From the NCBI GenBank assembly GCA_963847185.1, contig CAWJYV010000001.1, positions 160,001 through 224,000 on the forward strand: a stretch of 64,000 nucleotides of DNA, written 5' to 3'. The notes under the pieces are model-generated. The model made no database searches, was not told where the DNA came from, and was given only the letters and a program-made list of their open reading frames with translations. A program made the translations under genes and the position numbers. Position 1 is the first letter of the stretch. Each line of letters starts with the position of its first letter. The DNA is from an uncultured Methanosarcinaceae archaeon (GTDB lineage: Archaea; Halobacteriota; Methanosarcinia; Methanosarcinales; Methanosarcinaceae). Shown in pieces: positions 1-11,024 of the stretch.

Positions 1-106
1 AATTAAGTTCGACAGTATTCAGGCCTGAATTCTGGACAAACCAATCAAGATTTTTTTTCTTATTCCACTCATAGTACCAGCCGCTGGTACCAACAAATAC
101 ATTCAT
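1..106 (-). CDS. DUF72 family protein, N-terminal part (runs off the window)
   Basis: Manual translation MNVFVGTSGWYYEWNKKKNLDWFVQNSGLNTVELN has the GTSGW...VELN pattern; GGAAGGGGA SD upstream. Confidence 0.85.
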   Translation of the reverse strand, partial: MNVFVGTSGWYYEWNKKKNLDWFVQNSGLNTVELN

Positions 107-543
107 ACAATCCCCTTCCATTCGTCATTGGTTAAGCATTAAACTTCGTCTATTGCACATATTTTTGTAATTATGCCAAATCTCTCTGTATCTATGTCTC
201 CTCGTCCCCTCATATGCCCGAAAACTCTCTTTGGGAAACATTTCCCGAAGAGGTGGTTCCTGTTGCATATATGTCATTTAAGTTTTATGGCCATATGATT
301 TTGAATAATTTGCACATTGGCCTATGCTATAAAAGAAACAACAAGTAGCAATAATCTACCCATAATTGTTCGAGAATTTGCGCATAAAACTTATAAGGAG
401 TTAACAAACAGAAGTATAATGGGATTCATATAAATTTTTCAGTATCGTCTGAACTACACAGTATGAACCCAGAGGACTCTTCTACTGTTGTTCACATTAC
501 TAAATGTAAACTCTATAGCAGGTCACAATTCCGGATAGGTTCA

Positions 544-2416
544 TTATTTTGCTTTTTTAACTTTTGCATCTTCTTCGCTAAGCCCTGTCCAGATAACCTT
601 ATACCCCAGCTTTTCGAGTGCAGGATAATAAAGACTTTTGTCAAGCCCAAAACTTTCAAAGACTTTCACTGCATCTGAGTATATCTTCACTGCCTCGGAT
701 TTTTCAAGCTCTAAGTCTATTCTTTCAAGTAACTGCTTATGAATGACATAGTTTTCAAGAAGGAAATAATTCCCGGATTCCTCAGATTTTGAAAGCCTTT
801 CTGCAACCTCTTCTTTTAAAGCATCAAGGAGGACTCCTTTCTCAGAGGCGATTTCTTCAAGGCTTACTAATTCCCCGGAAAATGAAAGTTCCGTTTCCTG
901 AAGTGTTGATCTGTCCTCAGTATGCTTTTTTTCCTCATATTTTCGAAGTAACCTCATAATCTCATTTGCAGGGATCTTTTTGTCAAAGAAAATTACTTCC
1001 TGGGCAGGGAAATCATTTTCGGAGCATTTCAATTTTCTGTCAATCAGGAGAATAAGGGGTTCTTTTACTTCCCTAAGTTTTTTAACTTTCTTTTCAAGAT
1101 ACTCCGGAGTCCAGAAGCCCACAATTTCCAGATATACCTTCAAATTATCCCTTTGAAGAGAAAAATCCGGGACAAAAGCGAATTTTCCGGCTTTAAGAAT
1201 TGTCGGCTCTCTTTTTACTTTCCAGCTCCCTAAACTGAGCCTACCGAATGTCTGTTCAAGCGTACTGTCATAGATTTCTTCTTCTGCATCCGTTTCCTGA
1301 TTTTCGGCTTCTCCTTCTGCAAATCCTATTCGGAATCCTTCCACAATTCCCGTTTTGGCTTCTTTTCCGATTTCTTCCTTTCTGATTTTTTTGCTCTCAC
1401 CGACTTCATAACTTTCCCTTGCTTCTTCAAGCTGAAGGCCTGAAAAGAGGGATTCTGAGTATCTGATCGCTTCTGGCGAGGGTTTGAAAGCTTCTTCCGA
1501 GCTGTCAAGGGTAAATTCGAGAATACGTTTTCCCTGAAATCCTTTATGGAGGATGCCTGCCTTTAATTTCCAACCTTTTGACCTAAGCAGGGTTGGGAAA
1601 AGTTTTGCAAAGGAATTCCCATATCTTTCCGACATCCGGAAAAGAGAAGCTGGCCCGTCAAGATGGAGGTGGGCGCCTCTTAGTTCTTCGGCTTCTCCTT
1701 TTGCCTTTTTTCTCTTCAACTCCTCTTTTCCGGTTTCTTTTTTACGACCTGCTTCTTTTCCACCTGTTATTTCTTCATCTGCTCCTTTTTTGTCTGCAGG
1801 CTCTTTGCCTGCTGGTGGCTCAGTGTCTTCCAGGGAGTACATAAGTCCTGAACGAAGGATTTTCCAGAGTATTTTCTGAAAATCACCTTTTATCCATATA
1901 TCAAGGTCAACTGCCCTGAAGAGCAGGGTCTGGGTAAGGGAAATATTGTACATTTTGAGAAGCTCTGCGGGTGAAAGAGAAAGAAAACTTTTCACGACCT
2001 GATTTTCCTCAAGGTCAGCCCAGAGTGTTTTCTCAAGCTCCTGCACGGAAATTGAAAGCTTCTTTGCCGCTTTCTGCATTGCTTCCTTTTTTTTCGACAG
2101 GAGAAAGAGCCATTCCTTTGCAGGCTTCAAAGATTTCTTCCCTTGCCACTGAAGGGTCAACAGCAGCATCCGTTTCGATGACAGCCCTCCTTCCAAGGAG
2201 TTGGGAAAGGCCCCGAATGAAGCGATAATTCATCTCTTCATATCCCTCAAGTTCAGCCAGAAGAGATCCATAGGTTTTTCCTACATGCTGCTCGAAGGTT
2301 TCTATCAGGAGCCTTGCAAGTTCCAGGTTTTCAGAATCAAAGGGTGCATATTCAGGCTGTATTTTTCCTCTGGAAATGCGAGTTACGAGCAGGTCAGATG
2401 TTAGCAGCAGAGCCAC
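544..2416 (-). CDS. bax1: DUF790/Bax1 endonuclease, split by a +1 frameshift in an A8 run (2087-2094)
   Basis: ORFs 2033-2416 (LTSDLLVTR...) and 544-2196 (LDGPASLF, PDF...YLEIVGFWTPEYL) join if one A is removed; overlaps the end of xpb. Confidence 0.85.
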
Positions 2417-3899
2417 CTCCTGGACTTCCAGGTCTTTCTGGAGTTTCAGGATTCTCTGGACCTTTTCTTCCTTTCATTTGATTTTCATTTTCAGCTTTCC
2501 TGTCAGTTGTTCCGTCAGTTATTTCTGGTTTTTTTCGGGTTGAAACAGCCTCTTTTCTCCTTCTTGCAGTTCCGGTTTCAGTAGTTTCCTCGGATATGAT
2601 TTCATAAAGTAGAGCTTCTTTTCCTTCTTTTTTCCTGAGGATTCTGCCGAGGCGCTGGACATATTCCCTTTTACTGCCGGTACCGCTTGCTATAATCCCT
2701 ACATTTGCTTCAGGGACGTCAATGCCTTCATCGAGTACCTTTGAAGTAACCACAGCTCTGTAAGTTCCTGCCCTGAATTTTTCGAGAATGGAATTCCTTT
2801 CTTTTGCAGGCGTCCTGTAGGTAATTGCAGGGATTAGAAATTCCCTGGAGATTCGGTGGACAAGACTGTTGTGTTCCGTAAAAATAAAAGTCCTGTCTTC
2901 TTTATGGGTTTCCAGAATCTCTTTTAGCTTTTCAAGTTTTGAATCACTGTTAAAAGCAAGGTCTCTTGAAGCATTTCTTGCAAGGAGGGCTTTTCTGGCT
3001 TGAGGATCCCTTCCACTTTTCATAACCAGTTTCCGGAAGTCCTGTGGGCTTTTCATTATCATTCCGGTTTTCCTGAGATAATCAAGAAACACTGAATATT
3101 GCTTTTCATACTCTATCCGTTCCTCGTCCGTGAGTGCAGTAGCTATCCTTTTAATTCTGTAAGGGGCAAGATATCCACCTGCAAGTTCAGAAACCTGCTT
3201 TTCGTAAACCTTTCCTCCTACAAGTCTGTTAAGCTCAGAGTGAAGTTCGTCTTCCCGTTCGTAGGTGGCTGTTAGCCCAAGCCTGTAAGAGGCTGCGGAA
3301 AATTCGGCAATGCTTCTGTACCCGGCTGCAGGCAGGTGGTGAACTTCATCAAAAATAAGGAGGCCGAATCTATTCCCGAGAGTTTCGGCATGAATATAAG
3401 CAGAGTCATATGTAGAAACCGTTACCGGAAGAATTTTCTTTTCTCCTCCCCCAAGCTTTCCGATTTCCATAGAAAAGGCTTCTTCAAGCTGCTTTTTCCA
3501 CTGTTCGAGCAGGTCAAGGGTCGGGACAACCACAAGAGCAGGGGTATTGCAGCCTGCAATTGCCCTTATCCCAACAAGGGTCTTTCCACTTCCTGTCGGC
3601 AGGACGAGAACTCCCCGTTTCTCATTCTCCCCCCAGGCAATGAGAGCCTCTGCCTGGTAATCCCTGAGCTTGAGTTTCTGTCCTGAAGCTTCATATGCTG
3701 CTGCAAGATCCGGACAGGGGATGAGGTCAAGCACTTCGTCTTCAAACTGGATTTTAGAATTTTTTAAGTAGTTAACCGTATCTCTGTAATACATGGCTAG
3801 AGTTCTGAAGCTTCCACTTCTCTCGTCCCAGACTGCATTGGGAACTCTTACATTGCCCTGTATAAGCAAAGTCCCCCGCTTGAAGCTGATTTTGATCAT
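2394..3899 (-). CDS. xpb: XPB/Rad25-like SF2 helicase
   Basis: LRDYQ, PTGSGKT, DEVHH, LGLTAT, RED motif, QRLGR. Confidence 0.92.
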   Translation of the reverse strand: MIKISFKRGTLLIQGNVRVPNAVWDERSGSFRTLAMYYRDTVNYLKNSKIQFEDEVLDLIPCPDLAAAYEASGQKLKLRDYQAEALIAWGENEKRGVLVLPTGSGKTLVGIRAIAGCNTPALVVVPTLDLLEQWKKQLEEAFSMEIGKLGGGEKKILPVTVSTYDSAYIHAETLGNRFGLLIFDEVHHLPAAGYRSIAEFSAASYRLGLTATYEREDELHSELNRLVGGKVYEKQVSELAGGYLAPYRIKRIATALTDEERIEYEKQYSVFLDYLRKTGMIMKSPQDFRKLVMKSGRDPQARKALLARNASRDLAFNSDSKLEKLKEILETHKEDRTFIFTEHNSLVHRISREFLIPAITYRTPAKERNSILEKFRAGTYRAVVTSKVLDEGIDVPEANVGIIASGTGSKREYVQRLGRILRKKEGKEALLYEIISEETTETGTARRRKEAVSTRKKPEITDGTTDRKAENENQMKGRKGPENPETPERPGSPGGGSAANI

Positions 3900-4437
3900 T
3901 GTTTACTAAAAGTCTAGATATTATATATAATCGTTCTAGGGATCTAAAAAAATCTCATTGAGATTAGCATGTTATGTTTTATTTTTCCAAGAGCTAATTG
4001 CAATTTAACAAACTTTTCGATATGCTAAAATATTCTCTGAATATTTTTGATTAAAAAAGAAATACAAAAGAAGAAAATAAACTTTATAAAAAACTAGTTG
4101 CAAAATTTGAATCCTCGATCGAAAATTGAGGAGGACTATAGATCTATTAGAGATCTAATAGAGGAAGTGTTAATTAGCCAAAAAAGAGTGCAATATGGAG
4201 AATTACATAGGTATGCAATACATTCTGTAAAAAAGTACTGCTTATTAGTGGTATTTTTGCAGGAGAGCTATAACTTTCCTTAGTAGTGATAAAAAAGATT
4301 AAAAAGTTTGGCTGAAAGTTAAGGAAAAAAGCACCACAATAAATTAGCTTAAAAATTAAAAAATCAAAAGTTACCTGCAAAGCAGGCAACCTGTAAGTCC
4401 TATACATATTATCGTTCGCCTCTCTAGAGGCTTGCCG

Positions 4438-4593
4438 TCATAAGAAAAGCGAGATAATTGCAAGTATAACAAATATTATTATTAACCACTTTGCAATCTC
4501 CATGGAAAAGCCGGCAATCCCCCGTGCACCCAGTATATAAGCAACCAATGCTAATACCAGAAAAACTACAGCAAGTCCTACCAAATCAGGTAT
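4438..4593 (-). CDS. DUF1328 (UPF0391) small membrane protein, 51 aa
   Basis: Manual translation (I)[50 protein letters not shown]; G-rich SD; first codon ATA (alternative TTG at 4584). Confidence 0.85.
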   Translation of the reverse strand: MPDLVGLAVVFLVLALVAYILGARGIAGFSMEIAKWLIIIFVILAIISLFL

Positions 4594-5013
4594 TTTTTAC
4601 TCCCCCCGGTTATTATTTAATCAATATAATTATTATATTATATGTATATATAATTTGACTATCAAAGTAAGTAACTTTCTCTCAATGATTTTATTTTTTC
4701 AATTGAAATCTTCTTTTATAATAGTATTGACCGATTCAATAAAATTTTTTAATCTGTATTATTTATAGGAAAGTAGTTCTATGTTTTTTATCTATTCGAA
4801 ATATATAAGAAAAATGCAACTTAATAAAAAAAAGAATATATTAAATAAGTCTTCTTTCTCATTCGAAAAGGGGAGTACCATATCTTAAACCAGAACTAGA
4901 GTAGAAAAAGACTTGATAGAAAAAGACTAATTGAGTGTAATTCAATAACTTAAATAAAATGAAAAAAGGGTCAGATTGGTTCAGCCCTTTTCTCTCCTTT
5001 TCATTTATAAGTC

Positions 5014-5697
5014 TTACTTCAATTTTGTTCCGCATTCTCCGCAGAATCTGGTATTCAAGCTTACATTGTTCCCACAACTCGGGCATTTTGCCAGAGCTAT
5101 GGATGCCCCACAGTTGTTACAGAACTTTCCTTCTCCAGAGGGCTTACCGCATTCAGGACATACTGTTTGCCTTCTTTCGATTTCACCCTTGAAGACATTT
5201 GCGTTATCTGCCTTTTCCCTCATCTCTGCTACCATGCGTTCTGCCCTTATTGCAGTCAACTCGACATTTTCTCTTGGTGCGCACTCTACGCAGAGATTAT
5301 CCTGTTCGTTCCAGTCAGATTCACAGACATATTTTTTACATCTGGAGCACCTGTAGAAGTGCTCTTTTGCTTCATTCTGGGCAAGTTCAAAGGCCTCTTC
5401 CCATTCCTTTCGCCACTCTGGAGACATGCCCTGTTTCCGGTCGTTAAGAATATCCACACCTCTTTCGATTGCATTTCCAAGGCGGTACTGACCTAAAAGA
5501 TCAGAACCTGCAGAGAGTGTTCTTCCAACCATTCCGAAAAAGCCTGTTTTTCTGTACGTTCTTGATTCAATGAACCTTGTCTTGTATCCATCCTGGCAGA
5601 TATCACAGTAGAAAGTAAACTGAAAACCGGCTTCGGAACTGTTATCTTCGTAGTTTCTCGTAAAAGGCTGAAGTGAATGATTATTCTGGAATCCCAT
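5014..5697 (-). CDS. Multi-CxxC zinc-ribbon (DZR) protein
   Basis: CDIC, CSRC, CVEC, CPEC, CNNC, CPSC, CGEC. Confidence 0.85.
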   Translation of the reverse strand: MGFQNNHSLQPFTRNYEDNSSEAGFQFTFYCDICQDGYKTRFIESRTYRKTGFFGMVGRTLSAGSDLLGQYRLGNAIERGVDILNDRKQGMSPEWRKEWEEAFELAQNEAKEHFYRCSRCKKYVCESDWNEQDNLCVECAPRENVELTAIRAERMVAEMREKADNANVFKGEIERRQTVCPECGKPSGEGKFCNNCGASIALAKCPSCGNNVSLNTRFCGECGTKLK

Positions 5698-5701
5698 TTT
5701 A

Positions 5702-6031
5702 TCACCTTAACGGCTTACCACATTTGAGACACTTCTTGTTTGTAATGGACTGTTCGGTCCTGCATTTAAGATCTGGACAGATAATGATCATTGGAATGCC
5801 ACAGCTATTGCATTTTTCTCCAATAAAAGTTTCTTTTCCACAACTAATGCATATACTCCACAGAGAAAGTCCACAATGTCCGCAAACTTTTGCCCCATCT
5901 TCAAGAGGATACCTGCATATAAGGCATCTCATAGGCCCAAGAGGATTTTCCTGTGTGCAAAAAGGACAGAAGTTGGAATCTCGCGAAATCAATTTGCCGC
6001 AGTATTTACACGGGTGTTTGTAACTGGCTAT
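5702..6031 (-). CDS. Double zinc ribbon protein, likely co-transcribed with the downstream gene
   Basis: Many CxxC pairs; the frame extends upstream of the called TTG to ATA-GCC-AGT-TAC-AAA-CAC-CCG-TGT, adding CKYC, behind a GGGGA SD. Confidence 0.8.
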   Translation of the reverse strand: MASYKHPCKYCGKLISRDSNFCPFCTQENPLGPMRCLICRYPLEDGAKVCGHCGLSLWSICISCGKETFIGEKCNSCGIPMIIICPDLKCRTEQSITNKKCLKCGKPLR

Positions 6032-6428
6032 ATCTATTCCCCTTCTCTAGTTTATATTTGTCCGAAGATATCTGGACAAATATTTTACCAGTAAATATTC
6101 TATTATTGTTTTTTAATTTTCCGGTGCTAATGTATAAAGTCCAAAAATTTAAAAAAGTTTATTCTTTGAATAAATTAAAAAATATCCGGCTTTAAAAAAT
6201 ATTACTTGTCTCAAAATCAAAACTGCCTCAAAATTCTTATTCGTCTCTCTTTAATCTCAATATAAGGTTTCATTCATTTCTGTAAATTGTACTTTATATT
6301 CTATGATCTTCTTGAAATACTATTCATATATGTTAAAGATTTAAAAAAGCATAAATTATTAAGAAGTTGCAGAATTTCAGACCAAAAAAAGTGTTATAAT
6401 TTTATAAACATCATAATTTTATAAACAA

Positions 6429-7626
6429 TCATTCAATGATCTTTCTAGCCTCAATATAGTATCTTTTCTCGTTTTCCTTTCCCAGAGAAAATGACTTTCT
6501 TGGAAGGACACCCTTCTTTTTTATAAGAGAAAAAAATTCACTTTTTTTAAGGGAAGGAAGGAAGAAACCAATGTTCCCTTTCTCTTTTCCTAGTTTTTCC
6601 ACAATCCCAGGATCATGTTCATACTCAACTGAATAGTCATCAATAATCTCATCAAGAGTCTCTACTTCAAGGTCGTGTTTTGGATTCTCAAAGATCAGTA
6701 CACCGCACCTGTCTTCCGTGATAAATCCGATTGAATGACCGGTTGAAGAGCCGATATTTGATAGGTCTTCTGTTAAATTACAGGCTGGAAGTTCTATGAT
6801 CCTTGCATTGAATTTACTAAGAAGTTTCTCAGGTTCTACTTCCTTTACAACCCTGTGAATAGGCTCAAAAGTAAGGCCTGGATCATGAATGTTTACAAGT
6901 TCAACCATAGCGTACCTTGCAGGATGATTCCCAGGCACAGTTTTTTTAATCTTTTCCCAAAAACTTTTTGCTGCAGCAAGGCTATGATTTCCGTCACCAA
7001 CAAGAAGGAGCCCGAGGGCTTGAATCTTTTCCGAAATTTCTTTAATTATTTTCTCGTCACTGAGCTTATAGCCAGTGATATGGCCTCCTTCTTCCATCAG
7101 TTCAAAGTCGTAAACCTTATTGTCTACATATACAAAATCATGTATAGTTCCTGGGAATTACCTCGAATTCAGGGTCATTATATAATACCAGAATATGGGA
7201 AAGTTCTAGATCTGCGTTTTCTCTGATTCTTACTCTTGCAGGAAGCCTTTCTTTGATCGTTCCTTCAGTGGGCCGAATAAAAGAATCAGATCCGTTAAAT
7301 TCATATTCTTCGAGATCAATTGCAGCTACAAGGCCTGTTCTCTCATTGCCTGAGACAGAACGCTTTATAAGAATAAAGCTGGGGCCGTGGTCAGTAAGAA
7401 TTTTTTTGTAATTACTTATATTTTCATGGATCTTTTCTACTCTTTTTTCGTCTAAAGGAAGATAAATTTCCGGATAAATTAGGTTTAAAGCAGAAGGAGT
7501 ATTTCCAACAAATTCTTCAACCCTTTGCCAGTATTCTATATCCTGAGTGTGCTGATCGCAGGCAATTACTGCCCATTTTTCCCAATTATCCTTTGGAAGA
7601 AGAATGTGAGGGACGTGCAATATCAT
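6429..7626 (-). CDS. DUF1015 family protein, split by a +1 frameshift near 7153-7155
   Basis: WAVIACDQ and RPTEGTIKERLPARV in 7138-7626; GDGNHSLAAAK and LPRKSFS in 6429-7097; removing one C gives IPGTIHDFVYVDNKVYDFELMEEGGH. Confidence 0.85.
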
Positions 7627-7721
7627 GATTTATTAAAAAAAGAAAGAGGATATAAAGATTTCTGAAAATATCTTTTTAATATCAATTCCGGAAAATTCTC
7701 TCACTCAATTATGTATGAATA

Positions 7722-7842
7722 AAACTTACCGAAGTGAGATGCTTGCGAGATACTTGCTGCTTCATTTGAGTAGATTATTCTGCAGCAAACGAGGAGTGGC
7801 CAGTGCAGCCTGGGTGTGTCGGATACTTGGAGACACTAAGAT
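7722..7842 (-). ncRNA. Candidate sRNA with hairpins and an anti-SD-like CCACUCCUC linker
   Basis: GC-rich island in AT-rich intergenic DNA; stems GTGTC/GACAC and TTGCTGC/GCAGCAA; no ORF. Confidence 0.4.
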
Positions 7843-7874
7843 TATACTATTTTTGTGACTGTGAAGTCTATGTT

Positions 7875-8042
7875 GAAAAAACGTAGTATAAATAGCCTAG
7901 AGGCGCTGCATCCATTAACTGCATTCCCCAATACAGTTTCTTCGAAATATTATGTTCTCCAAATGTACTGTTTCGAAGATGGATCAGCGCCTTCCAGAGA
8001 TTTTTGTCAGGTGGCAGAACTCTCCATTTCACTTTCCAACTC
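7875..8042 (-). ncRNA. Structured RNA candidate, copy A (three-way junction)
   Basis: Homologous to 22585-22755; stems GGCGCTGATCC/GGATGCAGCGCC, TCTTCGAAA/TTTCGAAGA, ACTGTATT/AATGCAGT; ends at a T-run. Confidence 0.6.
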
Positions 8043-8206
8043 TATATATAACATTATATCATTGATATTTTAAATTAATTCTAGCAAAAATTTTTCTCAA
8101 ATAAAAAATATTTCGGCATAAAAAATTTCAAAGCAAGAGTACGGGCCTGCATTTTATATGGAAGTACTTTTAAAAATTACTTCCTTTGCATAGCTACGGA
8201 GAGTGT

Positions 8207-8330
8207 TCACTTCGCCACATCACATCCAGCGTTCTTCCGCGCATCCCTTGTTTCCAGGAACATTGTATACTTTATCGTATCCTTTCTTTTTCAAGATTGA
8301 GCTGTATACTGAAACGTCTGGAATTGTCAT
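8207..8330 (-). pseudogene. Remnant of a rhodanese-domain C-terminus
   Basis: SILKKKGYDKVYNVPG followed, after a frameshift, by ARKNAG. Confidence 0.4.
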
Positions 8331-8735
8331 AATAAACAACTACTTGAGACGAGAAAGATCAAAATATATCTGACAGTCTCTTTATATCTGACCAAACCCC
8401 GCAAACACAGTAAAAATTATTAAAATTCCCCCTAAATAATAACAGCGTACTTCATATGTTTTGAAAAATATCATCTTTACTGGAAAAGAAGTTAAAGTTG
8501 ATAATGATACTTATTAATGTGAATATAAATATAAGTAATAAAAATATAAATACAAGGTAGATATTATACAAGATAGTATACGCGTAAAAATTCAAAAAAT
8601 CTGGTACATTTAATCCGTTTCTTGGTTCACTATCTTTCGCAATCTTGATATATTGATAGGCGCATCCATCGTGAGGCTGAACTACTAAATTTAAAAAATC
8701 ATATTAATTATTTCTTCAAAAGATTAGAGTTTTCC

Positions 8736-10997
8736 ATGAAGCATAAAAAAGAAAAACCCCAGGCTTCGGGTCAACAGAAACAAAAAAGAAACCGACAGGA
8801 GCTGAAAGGTTCTCAAAATTCGAGTAAGAAGAATCCAAAGTTCAGTGAAAAACACACAGAAGACAAATCTCGAAGCTTTAATAAAAGTTCTTTCAATAAG
8901 AGCCTTGGCGCTGAAAAAAGCTCGAATTCGGCCAGAAATACTTCCCATCGCTTCGAATATGAAGATGACCATATTTTCTGGTGCCGGAAATGCAACCTTC
9001 CCTTGATAGGAGAAGAATGCGGAAGATGCGGCAGTAAAGGAGAAATTATCCAGCTTTCCCAGCCTTCTGACGTCAGATTATGTTCCCCTTACGAGAGGGA
9101 AGTGCTTGTAAGGCAACTTTATTCAGCTTTCGGCTTCAGTCCTCTTGGAGAAAGGCTCATTCTTCTCAATAAAATTCCTGGTGAGGATAAAACTGATGAA
9201 GTAATCGTAGATGGTTTCATTTTCGGAATTCTCCGTTTTGAGCTCTCTAAAATGGATTACAACTTTGAACCTTCCCTTCATGGAGCAAAAATTCTCCTGG
9301 AATATACTGCAGGCAAGAAAGTCGGACTTAAGAAAGCAAACAGACATCTTAACGGAAAGAATATCCCTGCAGAGATTGTCGGGTCTTTTGATACCAATAT
9401 AAAGGCAGGAGATTTCGTCCTTGTGACTGCAGGCAGCCTTACGGGATATGGAGTATCCTATATTGATGGTGTGGATTTTTCAGACCTGAAAAATCTGTCT
9501 GAAAACAAAGGCCTGCCTGAAAACAAAGTTTCGACTGAAACTGAAGTCCTAATTGAAAAGGAAACCAAAAAGAAATCTGAATCTTCACTTGATGCCGGGA
9601 GAAAAGTTATCCGAATCAGAAAGGTTGACAGCAATGAGGCATCCCTTAATCCTGAAATCCCGGACATCAGGGCATGCATAGAAGCTAACAAAAAACACCT
9701 GCAGATTCTTGGCAAAAACGCAATCAACACTATTCGCGGAATTGTTTCCAGAACCGAACATAAAAACCTGCCAGTCTACGTTTCTTTTAGCGGGGGAAAA
9801 GACAGCCTTGTGGTGCTGGACCTGGCGCGGGCCTCCCTAAAACAGAGAGAACTCAAAGCTTTCTTCCTCAATACGGGAATAGAATTTCCAGAGACTGTCG
9901 AGTTTGTAAGACGTTTTTGCCGGGAGATGGAAATTTCTCTTGAAGAGGTGGATGCTGGTTCTGCTTTCTGGGAGCAAGTAGAAAAATTCGGGCCTCCTGC
10001 AAAGGATTTTCGCTGGTGCTGCAAGGTATGTAAACTGGCTTCTGCGGGAGACCTGGAAGCAGGGAAAGGAAGCTGTTCTCTCTCAAGTAAGGATACAGGT
10101 AGCATAGCTTATCTGACAATTGATGGCAAGCGAAAACATGAATCATTTTCAAGGGCAAGGATTGCTGCAAGTGAAACAAATCCCTTTGTTCCCGCCCAGC
10201 TTAATCTCTTCCCTATCAGAGACTGGAAGGCACTTGAAGTCTGGCTTTATATCTACTGGAGAGGACTTTCATATAATCCGCTCTATGATCTCGGCTTCGA
10301 AAGGGTGGGTTGCTGGCTTTGCCCGTCAGCTCTAGCTGCCGAATATGCAAGGGTAAAAGAGCTACACCCTGAGATGTATGAGAAGTGGAATACTTTCCTG
10401 TACGAATGGGCAAAATCCAGAGGCCTTCCGGAAAAATTCGTAGAACACGGGTTCTGGCGCTGGAAGGAACTGCCTCCTAAAATGCTCAGGCTGGCAGAGG
10501 AACTCGGGATTACCGTTCTTGCAAGAGAAAATACCGAAGTTTTTGAAATTACAGTGGTAAGTGGAATTTCCCCATGCAGGGCTGGAGGCTTTTCAATTGA
10601 AGCAGGAGTTCGGGGTATCAGGGAAAAAGAAGCTGCAGATTTCGTAAACGTGCTGGGAAGTACGGTTTACGCGGAAGAACTGGGCATGTTGCTGGTCAAA
10701 ACCGGAGAAGGAACTGTAAAGTTTTTTTCAAATGGCAACCTGCTTGTAAGTTCGGAAACAAAGGAAAAAGCTGTAAGCCTTTTTAAGGAAACTGCCAAGC
10801 AATTCATAAGGCTTTCCCGCTGTACAGGCTGCGGTATCTGTGTAAAGGCCTGTCCTGCAGGAGCAGCTTCTCTTAATGAAAAAAAGCCATGTGTAAGCGA
10901 AGCTTGTATCAGATGTGGGAAATGTACTGAATCCTGCGTAGTGACCAGGTATTTTAACAAACTTGTACCCGATCTGGATCAAAAATTAAAAGTTTAA
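8736..10997 (+). CDS. PAPS/APS reductase family protein with N-terminal Zn/PUA-like region and C-terminal 2[4Fe-4S] ferredoxin
   Basis: SFSGGKDS PP-loop, RWCCKVCK, RVGCWLCP, CTGCGICVKACP, CIRCGKCTESC. Confidence 0.88.
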   Translation: MKHKKEKPQASGQQKQKRNRQELKGSQNSSKKNPKFSEKHTEDKSRSFNKSSFNKSLGAEKSSNSARNTSHRFEYEDDHIFWCRKCNLPLIGEECGRCGSKGEIIQLSQPSDVRLCSPYEREVLVRQLYSAFGFSPLGERLILLNKIPGEDKTDEVIVDGFIFGILRFELSKMDYNFEPSLHGAKILLEYTAGKKVGLKKANRHLNGKNIPAEIVGSFDTNIKAGDFVLVTAGSLTGYGVSYIDGVDFSDLKNLSENKGLPENKVSTETEVLIEKETKKKSESSLDAGRKVIRIRKVDSNEASLNPEIPDIRACIEANKKHLQILGKNAINTIRGIVSRTEHKNLPVYVSFSGGKDSLVVLDLARASLKQRELKAFFLNTGIEFPETVEFVRRFCREMEISLEEVDAGSAFWEQVEKFGPPAKDFRWCCKVCKLASAGDLEAGKGSCSLSSKDTGSIAYLTIDGKRKHESFSRARIAASETNPFVPAQLNLFPIRDWKALEVWLYIYWRGLSYNPLYDLGFERVGCWLCPSALAAEYARVKELHPEMYEKWNTFLYEWAKSRGLPEKFVEHGFWRWKELPPKMLRLAEELGITVLARENTEVFEITVVSGISPCRAGGFSIEAGVRGIREKEAADFVNVLGSTVYAEELGMLLVKTGEGTVKFFSNGNLLVSSETKEKAVSLFKETAKQFIRLSRCTGCGICVKACPAGAASLNEKKPCVSEACIRCGKCTESCVVTRYFNKLVPDLDQKLKV

Positions 10998-11024
10998 ATT
11001 TAGATTTGTGTATCTCTTTGACGA

